Shown here: positions 50,930 through 60,540 of the stretch, in pieces
How positions within the stretch are numbered: the first letter of the stretch is position 1
How the letters are laid out: the number at the start of each line of letters is the position of its first letter
Assembly: GCA_022562495.1 (NCBI GenBank)
Contig: JADFPE010000004.1
Coordinates: 1 to 61,203, forward strand
DNA: 61,203 nt
Reading direction: 5' to 3'
Source of the DNA: Acidobacteriota bacterium
Lineage (GTDB): Bacteria > Acidobacteriota > Vicinamibacteria > Vicinamibacterales > UBA8438
Translations under genes and position numbers: made by a program
Notes under the pieces: model-generated
Databases searched by the model: none
What the model saw: only the letters and a program-made list of their open reading frames with translations
Told to the model about the DNA's origin: nothing

Positions 50930-52681
50930 TCACGATTCCTCCAGCTTGAACACCAGCAAGGAGCTGCCGAGCGGCACCGACGGCGGGTTCCCGCTGGCCT
51001 GCTGGACCACTCCGCCGCCGCCCGAGCCGACCGCCAGATAGACCGTGCCGTCGAGCTCGTAGGCGATCGGATGGCTCCGGATGCCGGACCCGGTCTGGAC
51101 CCGCCACACCTCCTCGCCGGTCCGGGCATCGAAACCGAGGATCTCGCCGCTCGCGTTGCCGGTGATGACCAACCCGCCGGCGGTGCTCAGCACCCCCGCC
51201 ATCATCGGGTAGGGGTCGCGATACTGCCAGCGGATCTCCCCGGTTGCCAGGTCGATGGCGCTGAGGTGTCCGTAGGCGTTGCCGTCGTTCCGGTCCACCT
51301 GCACCGGCGACCCGCCGAAGAACGGGATACCGGGGCGGAAGACCGCGGGCCGCTTGCGAAACATCATGCAGCTCTCGATGACCGGCACGAATGCCAGCCC
51401 CAGATCCGGGTTGACCGCGCCGGCGTAGGCGGCGTTGTTGCCACCGGCCAGACCGGGGCACACCCGCACCTCGGGGTTCTCGGCCGGCATCATCGCCGGG
51501 TCGACCGTCGACCGGCCATCGGCGCCGACCGTGCCCCAGTTCACCTGGTCCGCATACTGCGTGGCCCGCAGGAATCGGCCGTCACGCCGGTCCAGGAGAT
51601 ACAGATAGCCGTTGCGGTTCGCCTGCGCCAGCGCCGGCACCTGCTGGCCATCGATCTCGACGTCAACGAGCCAGATCTCCGAGTTGCCGTCGTAGTCCCA
51701 GACATCGTGCTGCGTGAACTGGAAGTGCCACTTGCGCGCGCCGGTGGACGGGTCGACTGCGATGACCGAATCGCTGTAGAGGTTGTCCCCCAGGCGGTCG
51801 TCGCCGTTCCAGTCCGGGCTCGGGTTCCCGGTGGTCCAGAACAGGGTGTCGGTGTCGGGGTCGTAGCTCCCGGTCGACCACGTGGCCGCGCCACCGTGGA
51901 GATACGACTCGGCGGCCCAGGTCTCGACGCCCGGCTCTCCCGCCGCCGGCACGGTGTAGTGCCGCCAGCGCCGGTCGCCGGTCGCCACGTCGTAGCCATC
52001 GAAGTACCCACGCACCCCGTACTCGCCGCCCCCGACGCCGATTACTGCAATGTCGCCAACCACCAGCGGCGCCGAGGTGGCGCTGAAACCCTGGGTATAG
52101 TCATCGATCGTCGTCTCCCAGACGATCTCGCCGGTCTTGCGGTCGAGCGCGACCATCTTCGCGTCGAGCGTTGCCATCAGGACCACGTCGCCGGCGATCG
52201 CCACGCCCCGGTTGGCCGGGCCGCAGCAGATGCGCAGGTCGTCGGGCAGCGGATGGTCGTACCGCCAGTACAGCTCGCCGGTCTGTGCGTCGAGCGCCAG
52301 CAGCCGGTTGCGCGCCGACGTCAGATAGAGGATGCCGTCGTAGACGACCGGCGACGCCTCGAGCTGCCCTGGGACGCCGGTCTGTGCCATCCAGGCCAGT
52401 TTCAGGTCGCCGACCGAGGCCGGCGTGAGACGCTCGATCGGGCTGTGTCGCCAGCTGGCGTAGTTGCCGCCGTAGTGCAGCCACTCGGCGGGGTTGGTCG
52501 GCGCGTCCCGCAAGGCCTGATCGTCGACCGGGCCCTCGCCGCGCCCGATGTCGGCGTCAGTGGTCCAGTGGTTGCGGTTGCGCCGCTGCGCCTGGACCGA
52601 CCCGGCGGCGACGACCAGCAGCACGGCGACCGCCATCGCCGACGCAGGTGTCAGAAATCGTCGTAGAGGTCTCGTTGTCAT
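50930..52681 (-). CDS. PQQ-dependent alcohol dehydrogenase (methanol/ethanol family)
   Basis: Vicinal CCGPANRG, GGEYGVRG, TGNPSP, HDVWDYDG, NRNG and VCPG. Confidence 0.92.
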   Translation of the reverse strand: MTTRPLRRFLTPASAMAVAVLLVVAAGSVQAQRRNRNHWTTDADIGRGEGPVDDQALRDAPTNPAEWLHYGGNYASWRHSPIERLTPASVGDLKLAWMAQTGVPGQLEASPVVYDGILYLTSARNRLLALDAQTGELYWRYDHPLPDDLRICCGPANRGVAIAGDVVLMATLDAKMVALDRKTGEIVWETTIDDYTQGFSATSAPLVVGDIAVIGVGGGEYGVRGYFDGYDVATGDRRWRHYTVPAAGEPGVETWAAESYLHGGAATWSTGSYDPDTDTLFWTTGNPSPDWNGDDRLGDNLYSDSVIAVDPSTGARKWHFQFTQHDVWDYDGNSEIWLVDVEIDGQQVPALAQANRNGYLYLLDRRDGRFLRATQYADQVNWGTVGADGRSTVDPAMMPAENPEVRVCPGLAGGNNAAYAGAVNPDLGLAFVPVIESCMMFRKRPAVFRPGIPFFGGSPVQVDRNDGNAYGHLSAIDLATGEIRWQYRDPYPMMAGVLSTAGGLVITGNASGEILGFDARTGEEVWRVQTGSGIRSHPIAYELDGTVYLAVGSGGGGVVQQASGNPPSVPLGSSLLVFKLEES

Positions 52682-52835
52682 TGGGAGGATCTTACTGCAG
52701 TGAAGGTCGGCGAAGGTCTGCGACCGCCGGTCGGCTTTGGGCTGTGGGCTCTAGGCTTTGGGCGCTCTGGCACCGTCGTTGTCCCACTCGTCGTGACCAG
52801 CGCCTCTCGCCAATCAGCACGCTCGGCGCCTGTCC

Positions 52836-53222
52836 TCACTCTGCCGACAGCACGCTCAGGCCGGCGGGCTCGAAGCGGCTGAAATCGGCGGCGTTGCAGG
52901 TGGCGATGGTCGCATCCGTTTCGACCGCGGTTGCCGCGATCATGCAGTCGACCAGAGACCCACGCCGACGCGCACACTGGTTGAAGAGCGCAGCGGCCGT
53001 TCGAGCGTACCGGGCAAGAAACGGCACCGGCTCGCCGACCAGCCGCACGGCGACATCGAGCGTCGACTCTTCGACCGTCCCGCAACAGAACTCCGCCCGG
53101 CAGATCGCGCTCATCGACAGCTCTTTCCCATCCCGGATCAACGCGCGCAGGCGCCGGTCCTCGAGCCGGCGAACCGTGTCGACATCGAGGGCGTAGGTCC
53201 CCCGAATGGTCATGGTTGCCAT
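52836..53222 (-). pseudogene. Antitoxin::VapC in-frame deletion fusion
   Basis: MATMTIRGTYALDVDTVRRLE (RHH antitoxin start) is joined to DRRLR...EFCCG...LVDCMIAATA...TCNAADF, a PIN domain lacking the N-terminal DTN/DTS motif. Confidence 0.75.
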
Positions 53223-53236
53223 AAACATTTATGGCA
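53217..53236. promoter_or_regulatory. Operator-like palindrome TGCCATAAA-ca-TTTATGGCA overlapping the antitoxin start
   Basis: Perfect 9-bp arms, at the usual position for TA autoregulation. Confidence 0.6.
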
Positions 53237-53280
53237 CGGCCATAACACCCACTCGTTAATCGATGGGCGACGGGGTCGGC

Positions 53281-54456
53281 TCAGCGCTCCGGCGGCACCA
53301 GCCGCCCGTCGCGCACCCAGACGTCGTCGCCGACCGTCACGGTCGTGCCGGTGAAGAAGTTCCAGCGGACGTAGCCGCCGCCGACGTTGCCCCCCAGCTC
53401 CGAGTTGTCGCCCAGCGAGAGACGCACGACACCGGCGCCGTAGCCGTAGTAGGGAATCCAGGGGCTCCGCTCGGGGACCGCGAGCAGCGGGTTGAACCCG
53501 AGCGCGAACTCGCGGAACGCGCGGGCTTCCTCGGGCACGCCCGCCAGCTCCGCCTCGGCGGCCGCCTGCCCTGTCCTGGCAGTGACGCCGACCACGCGAC
53601 CGCGCTCGATCCGGATGGTCAGGCCATCGACGGGACGACCATCCCACTGGGAGAGGGGAAACACGATCGTGCCCTCGACGCTCTCTTCGATCGGGGCGAC
53701 CCGGATGGCGCCCGCCGGCAGCTCGATCTCCCGGTCGATCAGGATGACGCCACCCTCGGCGCGCGCCGCTGAGGCGTCGCCGTCCTGGAAGTTCACCGGC
53801 CGGTCTCCGATCCGGAACCGCAGGTCGGTGCCGAGGGGCGACGTCACCCGGATCTCCCGACCCCGCATCGCCGACGCGAACCGCCGCTGGGCCGCCGCGA
53901 GGGCCGCGTAGTCGGTCTCGAGCAACGCCCGCTGGTAGGTGGCGTCGATCACATGACGTGGCGGCAGCGGCTGACCCGGCAACGGGAAGGCGCTGCCGTT
54001 CTCGACCCAGTGGAAGTGCACGGTCCGGCCGTGCCCGGCTCGAAGCAGGTCCTGCAGCGCGGCATAGGCGGGATGCCCGGGTGTCGCGCCCGGCAGCATG
54101 ATCGCGACATCCACCTCGGCCAGCATCGACCGATAGGCCTCGCGCGAGGGCGCGGCGCCGGCCGTCAACACACCGGTGTCCCAGTGCTCGGGAAACGGTT
54201 CCTTCAACACGTCGATGACGCCGATGTCGACACCTCCCGCCCGCATCACGGCGTACCGCAGGTGGGGAATGAGGTCGTCGAACATCCCGGGGGCCGCGAC
54301 CAGCAACACGCGCTCGCCCGGCTCGAGCGCCAGCTGCGTGACGAGCCGGTCGGCCATCGCCGGCCAGTCGAGCGTCAGCTGGGGCTGCGCGGCGGCCAGC
54401 GTCGGGATGGCCAGCACGACGACGAGACCCGACACCGCGATCGCTTTGCGTGTCAT
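53281..54456 (-). CDS. Secreted M29/AmpS-like aminopeptidase-fold protein
   Basis: LEPGERVLLV, IRVTSPLGTDLRF, ELPAG, EFALGFNP and LGDNSELGG. Confidence 0.7.
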   Translation of the reverse strand: MTRKAIAVSGLVVVLAIPTLAAAQPQLTLDWPAMADRLVTQLALEPGERVLLVAAPGMFDDLIPHLRYAVMRAGGVDIGVIDVLKEPFPEHWDTGVLTAGAAPSREAYRSMLAEVDVAIMLPGATPGHPAYAALQDLLRAGHGRTVHFHWVENGSAFPLPGQPLPPRHVIDATYQRALLETDYAALAAAQRRFASAMRGREIRVTSPLGTDLRFRIGDRPVNFQDGDASAARAEGGVILIDREIELPAGAIRVAPIEESVEGTIVFPLSQWDGRPVDGLTIRIERGRVVGVTARTGQAAAEAELAGVPEEARAFREFALGFNPLLAVPERSPWIPYYGYGAGVVRLSLGDNSELGGNVGGGYVRWNFFTGTTVTVGDDVWVRDGRLVPPER

Positions 54457-54495
54457 TGCCGCTCCTCCACACGTTAGTTGTTCGGAATTCGCATC

Positions 54496-54557
54496 ATAGC
54501 AGTCCATGGGGAAAGTCCCGCTGCGACCAACGCGGGCCTTGCACCACGGACGGCTAG
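54496..54557. mobile_element. Internally deleted relic of the CTAG MITE
   Basis: ATAGCAGTCCATGGGGAAAGTCCCGCTGC ... CACCACGGACGGCTAG. Confidence 0.6.
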
Positions 54558-54655
54558 CGACACCCCTCCTCAAACCACCCGACGATCATTGCCTCCGCGT
54601 CGCTACGCGGGGGTGTCCACGTGAGGGAATACCCGATCTTCTATGATGGGTCGAG

Positions 54656-56725
54656 ATGCCGTTCCGCGACCGACCCCCCATGAGACCTGGTCTCGAACGC
54701 CGGTGGCTGCTGGTCATGGTGCTCGTCGCGCTGTGGGGATCCGCAGCGACCGCGCAAGCGCAGGCCACCGGTCCCTTCACGATGCCGGCCGTCAAGACGG
54801 CCTCGCCGCCCACCATCGACGGTGTGATCGACGTCGACGAGTGGCGGGAGGCGGCGCGTGTGGCCGACTTCATCCAGTATGAGCCGAACCGTGGAGAACC
54901 GGCCGAGCTCGAGACGGAGGTCCTGGTGCTCTACGACGATGCGCAGCTCTATGTCGCCTTCCGGGCGTACGACCCGGAGCCGCTGCTGGCGCAGATGACA
55001 CAGCGCGATGCGCAGCTCTGGAACGACGACTCGGTGCAGATCTACATCGACACGTTCCATGATGGCCGCTCCGGCTACTTCTTCATGACCAACGTGCTGG
55101 GCACCCAGCTCGACGGGCGGCTGGCCGAAGACGGGACCAGCAACGACCAGACCTGGGACGCGCCATGGGTCTCGGCAACCCAACTGACCGACTTCGGGTA
55201 CACCGTCGAGATATCCATCCCGTTCAACGCGCTGCAATACGCCGCCGGCGACGACACGACCTGGGGCATCAACTTCGCGCGCAGCCGCCGCCGGACACTG
55301 GAACGCAGCTACTGGTCCGGACCGGTCGACCACTGGGGCCGGATGTCGCAGGCCGGCGATCTCGTCGGTCTGGACGTGCCGCCGCCGGCGCGGCGGCACC
55401 AGGTGATTCCGTATGCGCTGTCCGAAGCGCAGGAGGGCCGCGCGCCGGAGGCGTCGTTCGGGCTCGATGTCCGCTACGCCCTCACCCCGCAGACCTCGGC
55501 GTACGCCACGCTGAACCCCGACTTCGCGACGATCGAGGCGGACCAGGAAGAGATCAACCTGACGCGGTTCGAGCTGAACCTGACCGAGAAGCGGCAGTTC
55601 TTTCTCGAAGGGCAGGAGCTGTTCAACCAGCGGATCCAGACGTTCTACTCGCGCCGCATCGGCGACATCTCGGGCGGCGCCAAGATACTGGGCAAGCAAG
55701 GGGCGTGGAGCTTCGCAGCGCTGTCCACCCAGGGCGACCTGCCGGGCTCGGGCGACGGGACGAGCTACACGGTGGCACGGGTGCGCCGTGATGTGGCGTC
55801 ACGTTCGAACATCGGCTTCCTGCTGGCCGACCGCTCGCACGACGGTCGCCACCAGGGGTCGGCCGAGATCGACGCGAACCTCTTCTTCACCGAGACCTTC
55901 GGGTTCACCGGGCAGTTCGTCAAGAGCTACGGCGAGTACGGACGCGGCACTGTCGCGTTCTTCGTCCGGCCGTCCTACGACTCGGCCACCGGCCACGCGC
56001 ACGTGCGTTACACGCATCTGGGCGACCGGTTCGCTGACAACGTCAACGTCATCGGCTTCATTCGCGATGATGACCGTCGTGAGCTGGACGGCGCGGTCGA
56101 GAAGACGTTCTGGGTACGGAGCGGCGCCATCGAACGTGTGAACTACGTGTCCGAGAACAACATCTACTGGGGACAGACGGCGGTGCTGCGCAGTTGGGTC
56201 ACCGACCAGTCGGTGAGCGTCGACTGGCGCAATCGCTGGACGACGGGGTTCAGCCACATCGAGGAGTTCAAGCGGTTCGAGAAGGACTTCCGGAACCGGC
56301 AGACGGAGCTGGAGCTCGGCTACAACACGCGGTCCTACGAGTCGGTGCGGGGTGGCTTCGCGTTCGGCCGGAACTTCGACGCCGACTTCCAGCTCTGGAC
56401 CGCCGCCGCGACCTACACGGTGACCGAGAAGCTCTCGGCCGAGTACGAGCTGCAGCGGCTGGAGCTCGACCCGGACCCGGAGAACGAGAGCACCTGGATC
56501 CACGTCATCCGCGCCAACCAGTTCTTCACCCCGGACCTGTTTCTGCGTGTCTTCTTCCAGACCAATTCGACGATCGACCGGCGGAACGTGCAGGCGGTCT
56601 TCGTCTACCGGTATCTGCCGCCGTTCGGCACACTGCAGATCGCCTACCAGCGCGGGACGGCGGAGTTCGGTGCACGGTCGAACCAGGGGCACACGGTGTT
56701 TGTCAAGCTGACGACCGTCTTATGA
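54656..56725 (+). CDS. CBM9-like plus DUF5916 outer-membrane-type protein
   Basis: PTIDGVIDVDEW, YDDAQLYVAF, IDTFHD, TLNPDFATIEAD, EKRQFFLEG and FYSRRIG. Confidence 0.88.
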   Translation: MPFRDRPPMRPGLERRWLLVMVLVALWGSAATAQAQATGPFTMPAVKTASPPTIDGVIDVDEWREAARVADFIQYEPNRGEPAELETEVLVLYDDAQLYVAFRAYDPEPLLAQMTQRDAQLWNDDSVQIYIDTFHDGRSGYFFMTNVLGTQLDGRLAEDGTSNDQTWDAPWVSATQLTDFGYTVEISIPFNALQYAAGDDTTWGINFARSRRRTLERSYWSGPVDHWGRMSQAGDLVGLDVPPPARRHQVIPYALSEAQEGRAPEASFGLDVRYALTPQTSAYATLNPDFATIEADQEEINLTRFELNLTEKRQFFLEGQELFNQRIQTFYSRRIGDISGGAKILGKQGAWSFAALSTQGDLPGSGDGTSYTVARVRRDVASRSNIGFLLADRSHDGRHQGSAEIDANLFFTETFGFTGQFVKSYGEYGRGTVAFFVRPSYDSATGHAHVRYTHLGDRFADNVNVIGFIRDDDRRELDGAVEKTFWVRSGAIERVNYVSENNIYWGQTAVLRSWVTDQSVSVDWRNRWTTGFSHIEEFKRFEKDFRNRQTELELGYNTRSYESVRGGFAFGRNFDADFQLWTAAATYTVTEKLSAEYELQRLELDPDPENESTWIHVIRANQFFTPDLFLRVFFQTNSTIDRRNVQAVFVYRYLPPFGTLQIAYQRGTAEFGARSNQGHTVFVKLTTVL

Positions 56726-56821
56726 CGGGCACCCTGACGGTCGGGATTAGGCGGCAGGAGGAAGAAGCCAAACGGGAAGCTACACGGCACCGGGTCAGCG
56801 CGGGCGCGTCCTGGTGAAGCC

Positions 56822-56872
56822 GAAGTTGGCGAAGCGATCCGGCTCTCTCCTGACTTCTGCCTTCTGACTCCT
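56822..56872 (+). repeat. GAAGTTGGCGAAGCGATCCGGC plus heptamer composite repeat
   Basis: Family member between convergent genes. Confidence 0.7.
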
Positions 56873-56884
56873 CAGAGCATTCGC

Positions 56885-57787
56885 TCACTCGACGAAGCGG
56901 ACCTCGAACATCTTCGGCCACCATTTGCCGGTGATGTAGAAGGTCTCGGCGGTCGGGTCGTAGGCAATACCGTTCAGCACCTCGGCGCCGGTCCGGTCTG
57001 CGCCCTGCAGCAGGCCGGTCGCGTCGATGTAGTCGGTCACCCGGCCGGTCTCGGGATCGATGCGAACCAGGAAGTCCTCCTCCCAGACGTTGGCGTAGAC
57101 CACCCCGTCGACACACTCCAGCTCGTTCAACCGATGCAGCGGCTGCCCGCGCAGACGCACGCGTTGTTCGCCGATCTGCTCGAACGTGTCCGGGTCGCGG
57201 AACGTGAGCAGGTCGCTGCCGTCGCTCATCACGAGCCGGTCGCCGTCATAGCAGAGCCCCCACCCCTCGCCAGAATACCGGAAGGTCTCCCCCAACTCGA
57301 ACGAGTCGCGGTCATAGGTAAAGGCGCGCTCAGCCGTCCAGGTGAGCATGATGAGGCGACGGTCGACAAGCGCCAGTCCCTCGCCGAAGTACTGCTCGGG
57401 CACGTCGATACGCTGCTCCACCCGGCCGGTCTGCGGGTCGAGCCGCCGGAGGGTGGACGCCCCATAGCGCCCGGTGCTCTCGAACAACTGGTCGTTCCAC
57501 CAGACGAGCCCCTGGATATACGCATCCCGTTCATGCGTGAGCTCGCGCAGCACGTCGACCCGGAGCGTCCGCACCACCCCCTGCGACTCGGCCACCACCG
57601 CAGCCGACGCCGCGCGTGCAGGAGATGCCTGCGAGGCGGGGGCGGAGCGCAGCGTCCAGAGACCGACGAGGACGGCAACAGCGAGCACCGCCACGGCCCA
57701 GACGCGCGGCGACCGACCCAGAGTGCTCCGCGACGCAGGTGTTGCGGTCCGTTGCTTGGTGCCCTTGGTCCGTCGCCTGCGCCCCAC
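56885..57787 (-). CDS. Glutaminyl-peptide cyclotransferase (beta-propeller QC)
   Basis: AYIQGL, ESTGRYG, YFGEGL, GEGWGL, MSDGS, LNELE, YANVW, VLNGIAY and TGKWWP. Confidence 0.93.
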   Translation of the reverse strand: MGRRRRTKGTKQRTATPASRSTLGRSPRVWAVAVLAVAVLVGLWTLRSAPASQASPARAASAAVVAESQGVVRTLRVDVLRELTHERDAYIQGLVWWNDQLFESTGRYGASTLRRLDPQTGRVEQRIDVPEQYFGEGLALVDRRLIMLTWTAERAFTYDRDSFELGETFRYSGEGWGLCYDGDRLVMSDGSDLLTFRDPDTFEQIGEQRVRLRGQPLHRLNELECVDGVVYANVWEEDFLVRIDPETGRVTDYIDATGLLQGADRTGAEVLNGIAYDPTAETFYITGKWWPKMFEVRFVE

Positions 57788-57869
57788 GGTCTTTCCAGCC
57801 TCTGACAGAGGAACCTCGATTATACGACGCCACCCTCCGCCTTCGCGTCGCTGTCGATCGACCTTCCGT

Positions 57870-57941
57870 CTCCTCCGACATGCCCGAGGCCAGGTAGTCG
57901 AGAACGTCGGAGACCGTGATGCGCAAGCCACAGATGCAAGG
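57870..57941 (-). pseudogene. DUF433 antitoxin fragment
   Basis: PCICGLRITVSDVLDYLASGMSEE matches the DUF433 core; both ends are missing. Confidence 0.7.
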
Positions 57942-58037
57942 CAGGATACGGTGCGCGACCCGAGAATCAAGCCGGAAAAAGTCGATACCTGGAGCCACCT
58001 GCGGCGCTTCTTTCTCGCCGAGACCGGACTTTCTCAA

Positions 58038-58076
58038 TTGACAGCGCGACATTACAATGGTATGCATGATGGTATG
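58038..58076 (+). promoter_or_regulatory. vapBC promoter/operator: TTGACA plus ATGGTATG direct repeats
   Basis: TTGACA at 58038; ATGGTATG at 58057-58064 and 58069-58076. Confidence 0.5.
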
Positions 58077-58343
58077 TCTAAGATGACTCATCGCACGACC
58101 TTCGCTCTGGATCATGAGACCGCGACCCGACTGAGGCGGCTGGCGGCCGCCTGGCAGGTTTCGCAGGCCGAGGTTGTCAGGAGGTCCGTGGCCATCGCCG
58201 AAGAGAGCGTGGGCGGGAGTGACAACGCGGCATCGCTACTGCAGACTCTGCATACATCAGGGAAGGGCCTCGTGCGCGAAAAGGCTCAGGGCTATCTGGC
58301 CACGCTCCGGTCGGACCGCCAGGACTGGCGGAGGAACGGGTGA
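58074..58343 (+). CDS. vapB: RHH/CopG-type antitoxin
   Basis: RTTFALDHETATRLRRLAAAWQVSQAEVVRRSV; GTGA overlap with the PIN gene. Confidence 0.82.
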   Translation: MSKMTHRTTFALDHETATRLRRLAAAWQVSQAEVVRRSVAIAEESVGGSDNAASLLQTLHTSGKGLVREKAQGYLATLRSDRQDWRRNG

Positions 58344-58711
58344 TCTGTCTCGACACGAATTATCTGATCATGGCGCTTGTGGCCGGCAGTCGCGAAGCCG
58401 AGCGATTGATCGACTGGGCGGAGTCCGGCAAGCGTCTGTATGTTCCGGCGATCGTGTGGTATGAATTCCTCTGTGGTCCGGTCGACGCACAACATGTGTC
58501 AACGATGCGGGCGGTCCTTCACGAAATCTTACCCTTCGATGACGCACAAGCTGAAGAGGCTGCACGGCTCTTCAACGCCACTGGCCGCCGGCGCACACTC
58601 CGGGTCGACGCCATGGTCGCCGCTGCCGCGACATCACGCGAATCGCCACTGGCCTCCCGCAACTCCGCCGACTTCGAAGTCTTCACGCCATTCGGGTTGC
58701 AGTTGACCTAA
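58340..58711 (+). CDS. vapC: PIN-domain toxin
   Basis: ICLDTNYL, WYEFLCG, VDAMVAAAA and SRNSADF. Confidence 0.9.
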   Translation: MICLDTNYLIMALVAGSREAERLIDWAESGKRLYVPAIVWYEFLCGPVDAQHVSTMRAVLHEILPFDDAQAEEAARLFNATGRRRTLRVDAMVAAAATSRESPLASRNSADFEVFTPFGLQLT

Positions 58712-58722
58712 CAAGAAGGTTC

Positions 58723-58888
58723 GGTGCTTGCGCCGTCCACTGTTGGTGGTGTGAGCGTATCCCCTTGCAAGGAATGCGGTTACGCCACATTCTGGACACA
58801 GCACAGGTCACAAGCGCTATATCGGCTGTAATTTAGTGCACCGTAACGTCTTAGCGTCACACGACCAACACTTAGTGGCGCAAGCACC
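58723..58888. repeat. 166-bp segment with imperfect 32-bp terminal inverted repeats
   Basis: GGTGCTTGCGCC-N6-TGTTGGTGGTGTGA versus TCACACGACCAACA-N6-GGCGCAAGCACC. Confidence 0.65.
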
Positions 58889-59023
58889 AGGCTGGTCATG
58901 ATGTAGCACCTGGTGGCACATGAGGTGCCGGCCACGGCTCGGCTCGTGCACCCAGCTACCGGCCGAATGGCGGTCGCCCGACACGGGGCGGGCACTATAA
59001 TGAGCGGCGACCGGGAGACGACC

Positions 59024-60505
59024 ATGAAGCAAAGACTCATCCTGCTGACCATCTTCGGCGCCTTGCTCGCGGGGTGCGCGGCGGAACCCGAGCCCGAGCC
59101 GATCACCATCACCAACGGCCAGGGTGAGATCGCGGGCGAGGTGACCACCGACAGCGTGATCCTGCACTCGCGGCTGACCACCGAGGCGGTCATCGTCGAC
59201 GGCGACGTCCCGGGGGCCCCGGGCGTGGCGCGGTTCGAGCTGGCGAGCTCGGAGAGCTTCGCCGATGCCATGGAGTCGCCGTGGCTCGAGGCCACGGCCG
59301 AGCGGGACTTCATCGTCCAGACGAAAATGGACGGGCTGAGAGCGGGCACGCGCTACTACTATCGCCTTCGGTACGGCCCGGGCCAGGACAACACCCGTGT
59401 CGGTCCGACCCGATCGTTCAGCACCCTGCCCGGCGCCGATGGTGCGACGGAGGTGACCTTCGTCGTCGTCACCGGCATGAACTACGCCCGGTTCTACGGA
59501 GACGGTCCGCGCGCCGGCTCGCCCGAGGACAAGCTGCTGGGCTACCCGGCGCTCGAGACGATTCTCGACAAGCGACCGGCGTTCTTCGTCGCCACCGGCG
59601 ACAGCGTCTACTATGACGTGCCATTCGGACGGTTCGAGCGCACGCAAGCCTTCATGCGACAGAAGTGGCACGAACAGCTGGTGCAACCGCGAATGATCGA
59701 TCTGTTCGCCGCGGTACCCACCTACTGGGAGAAGGACGACCACGACTACCGCTACAACGATACCGACAACACGGTCGACACCGAGCCCGATCCCTCCCCC
59801 GCGCTGGGGGCCGCGACGTTCCTGGAGCAGGTGCCGGTGGTCGACCCGAACGATCCGAACCCGCTCACCTACCGCACACATCGCGTGTCACGGGATCTGC
59901 AGATCTGGCTCACCGAGGGGCGCGACTACCGCAGCCCCAATATGATGCCGCAGGGACCGGACAAGACGCTGTGGGGCGCCGAGCAGCTCGCCTGGCTGCA
60001 GCGGACGCTGCTCGAGAGCGACGCCACCTTCAAGATCCTGATCTCGCCGACCCCGATGATCGGTCCGGACGACGCCAACCAGGCAGGCCGGCAGGCCGCG
60101 GGCCACGACCCCTTGAAGCGGGACAACCACTCGAATCCACAAGGTTTTCAGTTCGAGCGGGACACCTTCTTCGACTGGCTGGAGGAACACGACTTTCTCA
60201 ACAACGACTTCTACATCATCACCGGCGACCGGCACTGGCAATACCACTCGATCCACCCGCGCGGCTTCGAGGAGTTCTCGACCGGTGCGCTGGTCGACGC
60301 CAACGCCCGGCTGGGCCGGTACCCGGGCGACCCAGACTCGAACGACCCGGACGCGCTGATCGAGCAGCCGTTCACGTCGCCCGAACCGACCGGGGGCTTT
60401 CTGGAGGTCACCGTGACCCCCGGAGACGAGCCGGTCGCCGCCTTCCGATGGTTCGATGAACACGGCACGCTGACCTACGAGACGATTCGCACCGCCGGCA
60501 CCTAG
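59024..60505 (+). CDS. phoD: PhoD-family alkaline phosphatase (lipoprotein)
   Basis: LLAGC lipobox, GEVTTDSVIL, TGDSVYYD, DDHDY, GAEQLAWL and TGDRHW; TATAAT at 58996. Confidence 0.88.
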   Translation: MKQRLILLTIFGALLAGCAAEPEPEPITITNGQGEIAGEVTTDSVILHSRLTTEAVIVDGDVPGAPGVARFELASSESFADAMESPWLEATAERDFIVQTKMDGLRAGTRYYYRLRYGPGQDNTRVGPTRSFSTLPGADGATEVTFVVVTGMNYARFYGDGPRAGSPEDKLLGYPALETILDKRPAFFVATGDSVYYDVPFGRFERTQAFMRQKWHEQLVQPRMIDLFAAVPTYWEKDDHDYRYNDTDNTVDTEPDPSPALGAATFLEQVPVVDPNDPNPLTYRTHRVSRDLQIWLTEGRDYRSPNMMPQGPDKTLWGAEQLAWLQRTLLESDATFKILISPTPMIGPDDANQAGRQAAGHDPLKRDNHSNPQGFQFERDTFFDWLEEHDFLNNDFYIITGDRHWQYHSIHPRGFEEFSTGALVDANARLGRYPGDPDSNDPDALIEQPFTSPEPTGGFLEVTVTPGDEPVAAFRWFDEHGTLTYETIRTAGT

Positions 60506-60540
60506 AATATCGTCTGGTCGTTAGGCGTCAGACTCTCCCA

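Noticed and set aside
60519-60529. GTTAGGCGTCA integron-like core site before yggT
   Set aside because: No matching upstream RYYYAAC or attC hairpin, no integrase, and yggT is a housekeeping gene.
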